A model generated the notes under the pieces. It saw only the letters and a program-made list of their open reading frames with translations, ran no database searches and was not told the DNA's origin. A stretch of DNA of 64,000 nt from Lacipirellulaceae bacterium (GTDB taxonomy: Bacteria; Planctomycetota; Planctomycetia; Pirellulales; Lacipirellulaceae). The stretch is taken from positions 828,244-892,243 of the forward strand of contig CBDDGV010000003.1 of NCBI GenBank assembly GCA_965228005.1, given 5' to 3'. The position numbers and the translations under genes were made by a program. This document shows, piece after piece, positions 38,300 to 47,172 of the stretch; position 1 is the stretch's first letter; every line of letters starts with the position of its first letter.

Positions 38300-38392
38300 G
38301 TCGGGCGCCTCGGGGTCGAACCGCCGTGTCCCTTAGCAAACGGGGCTCCTGCTCCCAAAAGCAGGCGTGCTCCCATCTGCACCTCCGCCCGG
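38300..38392 (-). tRNA. type II tRNA-like gene with an 8-nt anticodon loop ttttggga (Pro UGG-like plus one U)
   Basis: AC arm cctgc-ttttggga-gcagg. Long variable hairpin. Weak T-stem. Confidence 0.3.
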
Positions 38393-38401
38393 TGTTTTCA
38401 G

Positions 38402-38475
38402 TCAGAACGGTCGGATTCGAACCGACGGCCTCTTGGCCCCCAGCCAAGCGCGATACCTAGCTTCGCCACGTTCTG
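38402..38475 (-). tRNA. tRNA-Pro(GGG)
   Basis: AC arm cttgg-ctggggg-ccaag. Acceptor cagaacg/cgttctg perfect. Confidence 0.55.
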
Positions 38476-38484
38476 ATTGGTCAG

Positions 38485-38556
38485 CACCCCGTGAGGGAAT
38501 CGAACCCTCATCTGCGGATTGAAAGCCCGCCATCCTCGCCGTTAGACCAACGGGGC
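38485..38556 (-). tRNA. tRNA-Glu(TTC)
   Basis: AC loop ctttcaa. Glu-like D-arm tg-gtc-taacggcgagg. Confidence 0.55.
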
Positions 38557-38610
38557 GTGTCGTGTCTCCTTGTGCGCGCACCGGGTGCGCACGGTGTCTC
38601 TGAAACCCAG

Positions 38611-38682
38611 TGGGCCGGGAGGCGCTCGAATCCTCGTCTGCGGTTCTTCAGACCGCCGCTATACCGTCTCAGCTACCAGCCC
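38611..38682 (-). tRNA. tRNA-Phe(GAA)
   Basis: AC arm gcggt-ctgaaga-accgc. D-stem gctg/tagc. Confidence 0.55.
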
Positions 38683-38721
38683 TAATGGTCGTGGGGTCGG
38701 CCTCTTCGATCGGCAGGAGCC

Positions 38722-38759
38722 AAAGAAAAAGGCCCGGCGTCTGTCTGACACCGGGCCTT
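38722..38759 (-). terminator. intrinsic terminator-like hairpin for minus-strand transcripts arriving from the NUDIX gene
   Basis: ggcccgg...ccgggcc stem followed, on the minus strand, by TTTTTCT. Confidence 0.35.
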
Positions 38760-39054
38760 GTGGCTCATCAAAGAGTCCAGCCGAGTGTCATGTGCGCCTT
38801 GGTTCGCAGGCGGGCGCGTACCCAGGCTTATCGTTCGCCGGTTGGGCGAGCGGCAAGCCGGCGGTATTCGCCGTATGCGATGAGCGTATGAAACTCAGCT
38901 GTAACATGGTTCCGTCTCCGGAGAGGGTTGCTTCTTTTCAACTCTACCCGCTTTTCACGCCGCGGGTCGCGTCTAGGTAACTATAGACGACATAAACCGG
39001 GTCAGGTTCACAGGCTTTCTTGGAAAAAACCACAAATCCGTTTTGGCTCGGAAC

Positions 39055-39483
39055 TCAGCCGCCGCAGTCGGTCTGCAGTGCGCCGAGAAGTGCGTCCAGA
39101 ATCTCGGCCAACGACGGAGCCAAGAGTTGTCTGGCTTCTTCGAAGCCGACGACCAGGCGCTCTCGAGTTGCTTGCTCCTCCCACTCCTCGAGCAGGCTCT
39201 CCACGGCGAGAGGGTAGATGTCGATGCGTGCGAGGCCGCCCCATTTCTCCTGCTCGTAAGTCCCGAGTGCCTCTCCGGTGATCCGTCCGACGACGCCCGC
39301 CTCTTCCTGGGCTTCTTTCACCGCGGTTGATTCCGGCGTCTCCCCGGGGTCGATCACCCCCTTCGGGAAAATCCACTTCCCCGATGACCTGGACGTGATG
39401 AGGACAATCTCCAGCCCAACGCCGTCCTGCAGGTACGGCAGACCCCCGGCCTGACGGAACAAGAAGTCCGGTTTCTTCGCCAA
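39055..39483 (-). CDS. NUDIX hydrolase
   Basis: Nudix box GKWIFPKGVIDPGETPESTAVKEAQEEAGV. Confidence 0.75.
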   Translation of the reverse strand: MAKKPDFLFRQAGGLPYLQDGVGLEIVLITSRSSGKWIFPKGVIDPGETPESTAVKEAQEEAGVVGRITGEALGTYEQEKWGGLARIDIYPLAVESLLEEWEEQATRERLVVGFEEARQLLAPSLAEILDALLGALQTDCGG

Positions 39484-39726
39484 ATCGAGTCCTCCTGAAG
39501 TTGGGAACGATTTGCAAGCTTCTCGAACAGTTTAGAGGCAATACCAACGCTGTCACTGACCAACAGGCACATTGGTAGATCTCCGACGAGGACTTCGAGA
39601 AGGACTCAACAGACCGCTGCCAACCGCGTAGCAGCAGGCAGCCAGTTGGGCTCGCATAGCAAAGGAGGGCGAGCGTGCACGAGAGCCGACGAGCCCTGTC
39701 TAGCCGGCCGAAGAGGAGAGATTCAG

Positions 39727-39800
39727 TGGGCGACACTGGATTCGAACCAGTGACCTCTGCGGTGTGAACACAGCGCTCTAACCAACTGAGCTAGCCGCCC
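39727..39800 (-). tRNA. tRNA-Val(CAC), intact; its 3' 42 nt are repeated at 9747-9788
   Basis: Canonical cloverleaf gggcggc-ta-gctcagttggttagagc-g-ctgtg-ttcacac-cgcag-aggtc-actgg-ttcgaat-ccagt-gtcgccc-a. Confidence 0.85.
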
Positions 39801-39854
39801 TGAGAATCCCAGATTCTAACGCTTCCCGGCCCGCCGTTCCAGGCGCCCGGCCGG

Positions 39855-40226
39855 TTACGCTGTCGGGGTCGTCGGCTTGTCGTCCGCCGCTGAATCGGCG
39901 GCTTCCCCCTCCGGTGCCGACCCCTCCAGCTCGTTGTCTGAGCCGTCGTCGTCCGAGCCATCCTCGTCCGAGCCGGCGTCGGCGTACTGCTGCTCGTCGT
40001 AGTACGGCAGCCGTTCGGTATCGGTATCGACGTACAGCGACTGGTTGAACTCGTCCTGGATGCCGCTGAGCCCGCGGCGGAACTCGGCGAGCGTCTGCCC
40101 CCAGCTGCGGGCCACCTCCGGCAGCCTGCCGCCATACAGGAGCAGCGCCACGCCCAGAATGAGCAGCATCTCCCCCGGGCCGGGGCTCCAGAAGGCGAGG
40201 ATGGAGTGCATGATCATCGATGCCAA
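39855..40226 (-). CDS. tatA: twin-arginine translocase TatA/E-like protein with acidic C-terminal tail
   Basis: N-terminal TM helix LLILGVALLLYGG, amphipathic helix RLPEVARSWGQTLAEFRRG, then a D/E-rich tail. Confidence 0.55.
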   Translation of the reverse strand: MASMIMHSILAFWSPGPGEMLLILGVALLLYGGRLPEVARSWGQTLAEFRRGLSGIQDEFNQSLYVDTDTERLPYYDEQQYADAGSDEDGSDDDGSDNELEGSAPEGEAADSAADDKPTTPTA

Positions 40227-40261
40227 CCCAACGGCTGATTTGGCGTGCTTGTGCGCCGCCG

Positions 40262-40495
40262 TTACTTCTGGGCGAATTCCTTTTCGCGTTCGCCGCTGGA
40301 GGCTGAGTGCACCTGTTCCTCGATCTTGTCCTCGGAGGTGTCTCCGTCCCTGATGCCCTTCTTGAACTCAGTGATGCCGACTCCTAGAGATCGCATGACC
40401 GAGGGCAACCGGTTGCCGAACAAGAGAAGCAACACAAAAGCAACGATCAGCATCTCGGGCACACCGGGGAACCCGATAGCGAACAGGATGTCCAT
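40262..40495 (-). CDS. tatA: twin-arginine translocase subunit TatA
   Basis: 77 aa: MLIVAFVLLLLFGNRLPSVMRSLGVGITEFKKG. Confidence 0.7.
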   Translation of the reverse strand: MDILFAIGFPGVPEMLIVAFVLLLLFGNRLPSVMRSLGVGITEFKKGIRDGDTSEDKIEEQVHSASSGEREKEFAQK

Positions 40496-40639
40496 GGGTT
40501 ACTCGCCTTTCTCGGTGTCGGCTCGTCGCCTATCGTAAACTTTGTCTGCGCAACACGTTCGGTTCGAGACCCTCTATTATTCCTCTCGTAACGCGTCTAG
40601 TCAAACCGCCGATTCCTTTGGCCGAAACAAAGCGATCCT

Positions 40640-42454
40640 CTAGCGTGGGATCGCCTCCCACCCCCGCCGTTCCGCCACCTCAGGGCTGTCCTCGGGAGAG
40701 TACCGGTAGTACACCTCCAGGCACAACGCGGCCATCGCGGTGGTGTACACGCGCCCGCCGTAGCCGCCCCAGACGGTGTCCGTGCCCCAGCCGCCGTCGG
40801 CCTGCTGCGTGGTGGTGAGCGCAGCGGTCAACGCGCGGTTCCAGCGCCGCCAGGCCAACTCCGCGTCGACCGAGGCGTCGCTCGCCGATTCCAAGGCCAG
40901 CGTGGCGTAGTACCAGTAGTAGAAGTTAGCGCGGCCCGATCCCGGAGGCTGTACGAGCAGCGAGTCGACCGCCTCCTTAGTCGCCGCGGGAGCCACGGCT
41001 GATGCGTTGCCCGCCAGCAGTTGGCGGCAGTACAACGCCTCGGCGGTCATGGTCCGGCTTGCCCGGGTCACCGGCTGGTAAGCCGCCAACCCTCCGGAGG
41101 ACCCTCGACGGACGCTCCGCAGAAACCGTTCCACCCGCGTCCAGGTGACCGAAGGCACGTCGACACCCGCGAGCTGCGCGGTCTTCAGTCCCATCAGCTG
41201 CCAACCCAACTGGCTCGTGTCCCCGGTGTGACCGCGGAGGTACCGCCAGCCGCCGTCCGACGGGTGCTGCAGGCTGAGTGAGTACCGCACCGCCCGCTCG
41301 CACATCGGCCTCAGGTCGTCGTCGTCGGTGACGGCCATCGCCTCCAGTGCAGCGAGCGAAGCCATCGAGTGGCAGTAGGTTTGCGCGAACACCTGGGCGT
41401 CGCCGTAGAGCGAGCCGTCGGACCGTTGCCGCTGCCGGAGGTAGGTGAGCCCGCGGTCGACGTTCTGCGCGTACGGCCCCGACTCGTGCGTGCTACCCGC
41501 GCCGAGGAAGGCCAGCAGCGCCAGACCGGTCACGCCCGTGTCGGCGTTGGCGCCGGCGCGGTTGCGGTTGTGCCCGAGCACGACGCGCTCCTCACCGGCC
41601 CCGTGCCGCGCGGCGACCCACCCCCCGGAGGCCGCCTGCGTGGAGGCTAACCAGGCGAGCGCCTTCCGCACGGCCCGCTCGGTCTGGGGGCTGCCCCCCC
41701 GACGCGCGGCGCGCTGCAGGCGGTCGGCGGCGAATCGATCGGCGTACTGCGAAGGAACCTCAGGGTCGCGCCGCGGCCGCAGCGGGTTCACCGGCTCCGG
41801 CGGCTCAACGGACTTGGCCTCAGTAGAATCCGTCTCCGATTTCGCCAATGGGGCTTCCACGACTGAGTCGTCCTCCGCTGCCGCCGACTCAACCGCGCTG
41901 TCTCCTGTCTCCTGTTCCCCTGTTTCCTCTTCCCTCTCCTGCTTCCCTGTCTCCTCCGCCGCCTCCGGCTCGCTTTCCGTATCTTCTGCCGGCGTCTCCT
42001 CGGCAGCTTCCGTCTCTTCGATCTCTTCCAGCACCTCTTCGAGTTCTTCGGCCGTCACCGGTTCCGGCGGCGTCGGCTCGGGAGTCACCACCGCTTCCTC
42101 GATGGGTTGCTCCCAATCGGCCAGCGGCGGCGCTTCATCGAGTTCTTCCTCTTCTTCCACCGGCGCCTCGTCCGGCAGCATCGCGATGCGGATCGGCGCC
42201 TCGGACCCGTCGCCCCCCGCGCCCGAGACGATCCGGATCGTCGTCGCCACGCACGCCAGCAGCAGGTGCACCCACAACGACAACGCGGCGCAGCGGTGCC
42301 AGGCCTTGGCGCCGCGCCACCGGGTGCGGAACAGGAAGACCAGCCCCACGCCGCTCGCCGCGAGCGCAAACCACAGGCACGCCGCGACGCTCGGCCAGGC
42401 GAACCCGATCAGCGGGTCGGCCATCATCGACGGGGGAGGGCAGGGCGGGAGCAT
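40640..42454 (-). CDS. membrane-anchored protein with acidic linker and prenyltransferase/squalene-oxidase-like (terpenoid cyclase fold) repeats
   Basis: N-terminal TM helices, an E/T-rich segment, and C-terminal repeats with SGGW/DGGW motifs (QAASGGWVAARHG, QHPSDGGWRY, QQADGGWG). Confidence 0.45.
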   Translation of the reverse strand: MLPPCPPPSMMADPLIGFAWPSVAACLWFALAASGVGLVFLFRTRWRGAKAWHRCAALSLWVHLLLACVATTIRIVSGAGGDGSEAPIRIAMLPDEAPVEEEEELDEAPPLADWEQPIEEAVVTPEPTPPEPVTAEELEEVLEEIEETEAAEETPAEDTESEPEAAEETGKQEREEETGEQETGDSAVESAAAEDDSVVEAPLAKSETDSTEAKSVEPPEPVNPLRPRRDPEVPSQYADRFAADRLQRAARRGGSPQTERAVRKALAWLASTQAASGGWVAARHGAGEERVVLGHNRNRAGANADTGVTGLALLAFLGAGSTHESGPYAQNVDRGLTYLRQRQRSDGSLYGDAQVFAQTYCHSMASLAALEAMAVTDDDDLRPMCERAVRYSLSLQHPSDGGWRYLRGHTGDTSQLGWQLMGLKTAQLAGVDVPSVTWTRVERFLRSVRRGSSGGLAAYQPVTRASRTMTAEALYCRQLLAGNASAVAPAATKEAVDSLLVQPPGSGRANFYYWYYATLALESASDASVDAELAWRRWNRALTAALTTTQQADGGWGTDTVWGGYGGRVYTTAMAALCLEVYYRYSPEDSPEVAERRGWEAIPR

Positions 42455-42470
42455 CGGCTTGTTCCCCCGC

Positions 42471-42902
42471 TTACCTTCGAGACGCGCCGCCGCCGTCGGC
42501 CAGGCGCACTGTGATGCCGAGCTCCGCGACCCGCGCGTCCTTGCACGCGGACAACGCCGAGGCGATCTCCTGGAACCGGCTCTCCGCCGCGCCGCGGATC
42601 ACGACGCTCGTCCCCGGGTACGCCGCCACCGCCGAGGCGAGCCGCCCCCGCAGCGTCTCGAGCGAGACCGTCTCGCCGTCCAGCGCCAGCGTCCCGTCGC
42701 CGCGCACGGTGACGACCCGCTGCTTGGGGGCCGGCGTCGAGGGCGACGCGGCGGCCACCTCCGGCAGGTCGAGCGGGATCTCGTGCTCCATGTCCACGAA
42801 CTTCGTCGCGACCATGAAGAAGATGATCAGCAGGAACACCACGTCGATCATCGGCGTGAGGTTCAGCACGGGCTGGTCGTCTTGTTGGGTTTTCAGCGGC
42901 AC
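42471..42902 (-). CDS. exbD: ExbD/TolR biopolymer transport protein
   Basis: 143 aa: LNLTPMIDVVFLLIIFFMV, then a periplasmic domain. Confidence 0.75.
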   Translation of the reverse strand: MPLKTQQDDQPVLNLTPMIDVVFLLIIFFMVATKFVDMEHEIPLDLPEVAAASPSTPAPKQRVVTVRGDGTLALDGETVSLETLRGRLASAVAAYPGTSVVIRGAAESRFQEIASALSACKDARVAELGITVRLADGGGASRR

Positions 42903-42924
42903 GGCGCCTCCCTCCCGCGGCGGG

Positions 42925-43725
42925 TCAAGCGGCCTTCTTGCCGGCGGCCTTGATGCCCGTCTGGCTCGCCCGCGAGCGGCGGTGCTCCAACGCCTCGCAC
43001 GAGATGAGGTTCACCAGGTCCTGGCCCAGCCGGTCGATCTCCATCACCAGCGAGTCGACCCGCCCCACAAACCACAGGTAGAGGATCAACGCCGGGATGG
43101 CGACGAACAGCCCCGCGGCGGTCGAGAGCAGCGCCCCGCTGATGCCCTGGGCCAAGAGCTCCGGCCGGCCCATCGCGGCCTGCCCGGCGATCGCGTTGAA
43201 CGCCTCCATCATCCCCCACACGGTGCCCAACAGCCCCATCAGCGGGCTCACGGTCGCCACGCCGTTGATCACGCGCAGGAACCGTCGCAGCTGGTTCGCG
43301 GCCCGCTCGCCTTCGTCGAGCACCGCCTGCTCGACCTCCACGGCCGGCTTGCCCCATTTACGCACCGCGGCGGCGAACACCTCCGCCACGTAACTGCCGT
43401 TTTGCTCGCAGAGGGCGAGCGCGTGGTCGCGGTCGACGGCGCCTTCGCTGATTTGCAGCAGGAACCGCTCGGCGAACAGACGCGGCGCCACCCGGCGCCG
43501 ACGCAGGCTGAACGTCCGCTCGAAGGTCACCAACAACAGCACGAACGAGCAGAGTAGGATCGGCAGCAGCAGCGGGCCGCCCGCCCACAGCATGTCCCAC
43601 ACGCTGGTGGTGGGGATCGCTTCTTCGACTGCGGCGTCGGCGGCTTCCTGCGCGCACGCCGCCGCCGGAGCGAGCGTTGCTAACGCCGCCCATGCGAAGC
43701 CCGTGATTCGATTCCGACCGATCAT
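42925..43725 (-). CDS. exbB: MotA/TolQ/ExbB proton channel
   Basis: Three TM helices: GLLGTVWGMMEAFNAIA and LSTAAGLFVAIPALILY. Confidence 0.75.
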   Translation of the reverse strand: MIGRNRITGFAWAALATLAPAAACAQEAADAAVEEAIPTTSVWDMLWAGGPLLLPILLCSFVLLLVTFERTFSLRRRRVAPRLFAERFLLQISEGAVDRDHALALCEQNGSYVAEVFAAAVRKWGKPAVEVEQAVLDEGERAANQLRRFLRVINGVATVSPLMGLLGTVWGMMEAFNAIAGQAAMGRPELLAQGISGALLSTAAGLFVAIPALILYLWFVGRVDSLVMEIDRLGQDLVNLISCEALEHRRSRASQTGIKAAGKKAA

Positions 43726-43780
43726 CCCTGACCGCCTGTTCCTGTCCGCTTCCTAGCGGGTCTGTCCTCACGCTTGCCGC

Positions 43781-45187
43781 TTACTTCCGCCGGGCGACCC
43801 GGTCCCGGGTGTGCGCCATCCGCCCGCGCAGCTGCTCTTCGATCGGCGAGCCGGGCCAACGCTCCGCCGCGTCCTCGTACACGCCGGACGCCCGCCGCCA
43901 ATCGCCTTCGATCTCGTGTGTCTTGCCGATCTCCAACGCCGCCCGGGCCTGCCATTCGAGGTGGTCGTGTTCGTCGATCACCCGCCGGAGTTCTTGCCGG
44001 GCCCGCTGCATGTCTCTCTGGTGGAAGAACGTCTCGCCGATCATCCACTGGGCCATCGCCGCGATCGTTTGGTTCTTGCTCCTCGGGTCGGTCAACACCT
44101 TGCTGTAGGCTCTCCGCGCCGCCGGGAACTGCCCCCGTCCGGCCAGGGCCCGCCCGCGCAGGTAGTGCAGTTCAGGCGAGAGCTCGAAGCCCGCGGCGTC
44201 GATCGCCTCGGCGTGCTCCAGGGCCCGTGTCCACCGCTGCCGGCGCGCCGCGAGCTGGCCCAGCCTCAACCGCACCACGTCGCGTACCCGGTCGGCGACG
44301 GACGACAGCTCCGCCTCGATCCGCTCGAAGCGCTCCGCCGCCTCTTCGAAGTCTCCTGTTCGGTAGGCCGCTTCCGCTTGCCAGTAGGCGAGCTCGGCGG
44401 CGGTCTCGTTGTCGATACCCGATCCGTGATCGGTCAGCGTGGCGGCAACTTCGTCCCAACGCCGCCCCGCGGCGAGCGTCCGGCACTTCAGCGCCAGCGT
44501 GTTGGCGTAGAGCGCTTCGGCCGCGCGGTCCTCTACGGCTTCGTCTGCCTCAACGCGTTCTTGGGCGCCGCGTTGTTGGTCGCCACGTTCGTGGGCGAGC
44601 GTGGCCAGCAACGCGTCGGCGTGGGCCACGCACTCTTCCGCCCGGTTATCTTCGGCACAAAGCAGTGCTAGCCAGTAGGCCGCCCGGTGCGCCTGCGGTG
44701 AGCCGGGGTGCTCAGAAACCACACGACCGAAAGAGTTTTCCGCGCCCGCAAGGTCGCCCAACTCGTAGCGGATGCGGGCGGACGACTCGAGCGCGGCGGC
44801 CGCGTAGGGGTTCGGCCGGGGCGCCGCGGCGATCTGGTCGAACAAGGCCGCCGCCTCGGCGCGCCGTGAGAGCTTCAGCTGCAGCAGGGCCGCCTTCCAC
44901 TGTGCGGTTGCACGCTGGCTGAAGTCGGTCGCCTCGTCGGCCGCTTGGCGGTAGGCGTCGATCGCCGCCTCGAGCCTTTCCTGCTGCTCCAGCCGCAGGC
45001 CCTCGACCAGGGCAGCCGATTCGGCGCAAGCGGCTTGTCCGCCAAACGCGGCAGCGGTCAAGAGCAGGCCGGCGATCGCTCGAAGGGTTCGGTCCATGCC
45101 AACCAGCCCGCTAGGAAGAAAAGGGCCCAAAGAAAAAGGGCCTGCCGATCCGCCCGACCGGCGATTCGACAAGCCCCGTGTCCCCAA
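43781..45187 (-). CDS. TPR repeat protein with signal peptide
   Basis: Repeated A/Y/W/L-rich 34-aa units, e.g. AYRQAADEATDFSQRATAQWKAALLQLKL. Confidence 0.5.
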   Translation of the reverse strand: MGTRGLSNRRSGGSAGPFSLGPFLPSGLVGMDRTLRAIAGLLLTAAAFGGQAACAESAALVEGLRLEQQERLEAAIDAYRQAADEATDFSQRATAQWKAALLQLKLSRRAEAAALFDQIAAAPRPNPYAAAALESSARIRYELGDLAGAENSFGRVVSEHPGSPQAHRAAYWLALLCAEDNRAEECVAHADALLATLAHERGDQQRGAQERVEADEAVEDRAAEALYANTLALKCRTLAAGRRWDEVAATLTDHGSGIDNETAAELAYWQAEAAYRTGDFEEAAERFERIEAELSSVADRVRDVVRLRLGQLAARRQRWTRALEHAEAIDAAGFELSPELHYLRGRALAGRGQFPAARRAYSKVLTDPRSKNQTIAAMAQWMIGETFFHQRDMQRARQELRRVIDEHDHLEWQARAALEIGKTHEIEGDWRRASGVYEDAAERWPGSPIEEQLRGRMAHTRDRVARRK

Positions 45188-45200
45188 CCGTCTGTTTTCT

Positions 45201-45812
45201 CTACCGCGACGAGGGCCCGTACGACTCGCTCGGTCCGGTGTCGACGTTGCCCACCATGTGCAGGTGGTTGTGGTCGATATAGATCACCTCGCGGGCGTCC
45301 TCGTCCACAATCGTGTGCGGCACGGGCCAGCCGACGCGGCGGACATCTTGATAGAAGATCGTGCACTTGTAGTGGGCGTGGTGCTGCTGAGCCGGCCCGA
45401 TCAGCGGGTACACCCGCGGCGGGTCGACGTAATCGGCGATCTTCTCCTTCACGATCCGCACGTCGTTGCGGTTGTGCTCGTACAAGAAAGGCACGCCGCC
45501 CTGCACCTTGTCGGCACGCTCCAGGGCACGCATCACTTCGTCGTCGCTCGGCGGGTCCAGCGCCGCGATCTCGCCGCCGGAAGTAATCGGCCCCAGGATC
45601 GGCACCCGGGCGTAACGCTCCTGGATCCACGCCTCGTCTTCCTTCTTCTTCTGGAAGTACGGGCTCACCGGGATCGGAACCGCGAACGGACCGAGGCTCG
45701 GCCCCAGGTTCTGCAGACCCCAGAAGCACCCGGTTGAGGAGAGCGACCCCGCCGCAAGCAGGGTGACCACAGCCAAACGCAGGTTGCGAGTGATGCAGAG
45801 TTTCGGATCCAT
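45201..45812 (-). CDS. hypothetical lipoprotein
   Basis: Start placed at MDPKLCITRNLRLAVVTLLAAGSLSSTGC (lipobox). Confidence 0.35.
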   Translation of the reverse strand: MDPKLCITRNLRLAVVTLLAAGSLSSTGCFWGLQNLGPSLGPFAVPIPVSPYFQKKKEDEAWIQERYARVPILGPITSGGEIAALDPPSDDEVMRALERADKVQGGVPFLYEHNRNDVRIVKEKIADYVDPPRVYPLIGPAQQHHAHYKCTIFYQDVRRVGWPVPHTIVDEDAREVIYIDHNHLHMVGNVDTGPSESYGPSSR

Positions 45813-46076
45813 CGAAATGCCTTGCTCGGTGTCTTCTGTGGGGGGCGGCTGACACGCCTGTGGCCGGAACTCCTCCGGTCCACGGAAGTAGTTATCGTGT
45901 GAACGTGGGCAAGACTTGCAGGTTTTTCGGATTATTCCGGGAAAGTCGATTTTGCGGACGCCGGCAATGCTATCGCCCCTGTCGCGGCCTCTCCTAGAGC
46001 AGCAAACAAAAAGGCCCCGCCGGCGATTCGCCGGCGGGGCCGTGGACGCTTCACTCACACTCTGCCTGACGCCGGC

Positions 46077-46883
46077 TTAATAGTGCTTGTTGTCCTTGAA
46101 GTCCAAGAACCACCAGCCGTCGTCCCATTCCAGCTGCACCTTCCGCCAGCCCAGGGGCACCTGCGGGTAGGGATAGAACGGGCCGATGTAAGGCCAGGCC
46201 GAAGGCGAGTACTGCTTCGGGTACGTGAGCGCCGCGTAGTTCGGCGCCGCCGCGTAGCTCGGCCACGCGTAGCCCGGCAGCTGAGGGTTGTCGTAGCTGA
46301 CCGACTGACCCACCGCCGGCGGGATCTGTGCGGTCGGGACGGGCCCGCCCATCCCGGCGCCGCCGGCGCCAGCGTAACCGCCGCCCGCGTAACCCCCGGG
46401 GGGGCAACCGGCGCCGGCAAACGTCGCGGCCTGGATCGGCGCGCCAGCCGGGGCGTACGGCAGCGGCATGTTGCCGCGGGCCGGCCGGCGAGCCGTCATC
46501 GGCTGCACGTGAGGAATCTGGTCGAGCGATTGTTCGATGCTAGCCAGCTCCGGATCGACCAACGGGTTCTTGGCCAGCTTCGGCTCGGGAAGCTGCTTGG
46601 CAGGCTCCTCGATCGTGATCCGGCTCACTACTGCCTCGACACCCTCGGTGCCGCGGGCGAGCTGCTCGGCGATCTTCTTTTGCTCCGCACTGGTCACCGT
46701 GCCCATCAGCCAGGCGACGCCGTCCTCGTACTTCACGCCAACTTTGTAGCCCTTCAGACGCCCGCTCTCTTTCATGTTGCGGGCGATCAGGTTCGCGGTC
46801 TTGTCCTTGGCGCTTGCGGCCTGGGGCGCAACCGCGCCGCAGAACAACGCCAGGGCCATCAGACCCACTGTGAGTTTTCGCAT
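46077..46883 (-). CDS. BON-domain protein with a G/P/A/Y-rich low-complexity C-terminal region
   Basis: Signal peptide MRKLTVGLMALALFCGAVAPQAASA, then a BON-like region (KGYKVGVKYEDGVAWLMGTVTSAEQKKIAEQLARGTEGVEAV). Confidence 0.5.
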   Translation of the reverse strand: MRKLTVGLMALALFCGAVAPQAASAKDKTANLIARNMKESGRLKGYKVGVKYEDGVAWLMGTVTSAEQKKIAEQLARGTEGVEAVVSRITIEEPAKQLPEPKLAKNPLVDPELASIEQSLDQIPHVQPMTARRPARGNMPLPYAPAGAPIQAATFAGAGCPPGGYAGGGYAGAGGAGMGGPVPTAQIPPAVGQSVSYDNPQLPGYAWPSYAAAPNYAALTYPKQYSPSAWPYIGPFYPYPQVPLGWRKVQLEWDDGWWFLDFKDNKHY

Positions 46884-47172
46884 CTCCCCCTCCTGGTGAG
46901 TGAGCGCCGTCGCGAACACCCGCACAGCGGCTGGCGTCGCGGCAGAAAAGTGTGCGTCCACGCCCGGCGGTGCGTCTCTGGCGACACGCCGCCCGGGCAT
47001 CCGACCGCCCGGCGCCCCCCGCGGGGCACAATCCGAGACTGGTCTGGTTACGCTTTTCGGCACACGGTCATGCCGGAGAGGAGTTTTTTTCCGATTTTGC
47101 CAGCCGCACCGCTCCTAACGGCTCTGCCGGTCGTCCGGCCGAGCCGTAAGTACAAGCTGCGCACTATCGGTG

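Larger units (their letters stand above)
32997..38682 (-). other. tRNA gene array: about 41 tRNA or tRNA-like genes, all on the minus strand, spaced 5-25 nt apart
   Basis: GGTTCGAATCC-like T-arm reverse complements (gagtcgaaccc and variants) recur every 75-100 nt. Cloverleafs folded by hand give anticodons for all 20 amino acids. Confidence 0.8.

Noticed and set aside
32997-38682. Periodic ~85-bp units read as a CRISPR array or generic tandem repeat, plus the many 60-150 aa ORFs on both strands across the region
   Set aside because: Units are not direct repeats. Each folds into a distinct cloverleaf with a different anticodon, and the small ORFs simply traverse GC-rich tRNA sequence.
39008-39736. 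242-aa minus ORF overlapping the NUDIX gene
   Set aside because: Different frame from the motif-supported NUDIX ORF, with Arg-rich shadow-frame composition.
9747-39800. Search for an integrase/recombinase next to either att-like repeat
   Set aside because: No ORF with R..HxxR..Y or serine-recombinase motifs was found. The boundary is reported as an integrase-less island rather than inventing one.
43811-44671. 286-aa plus-strand ORF inside the TPR gene region
   Set aside because: Antisense to a coherent TPR-repeat protein and has no recognisable domain.
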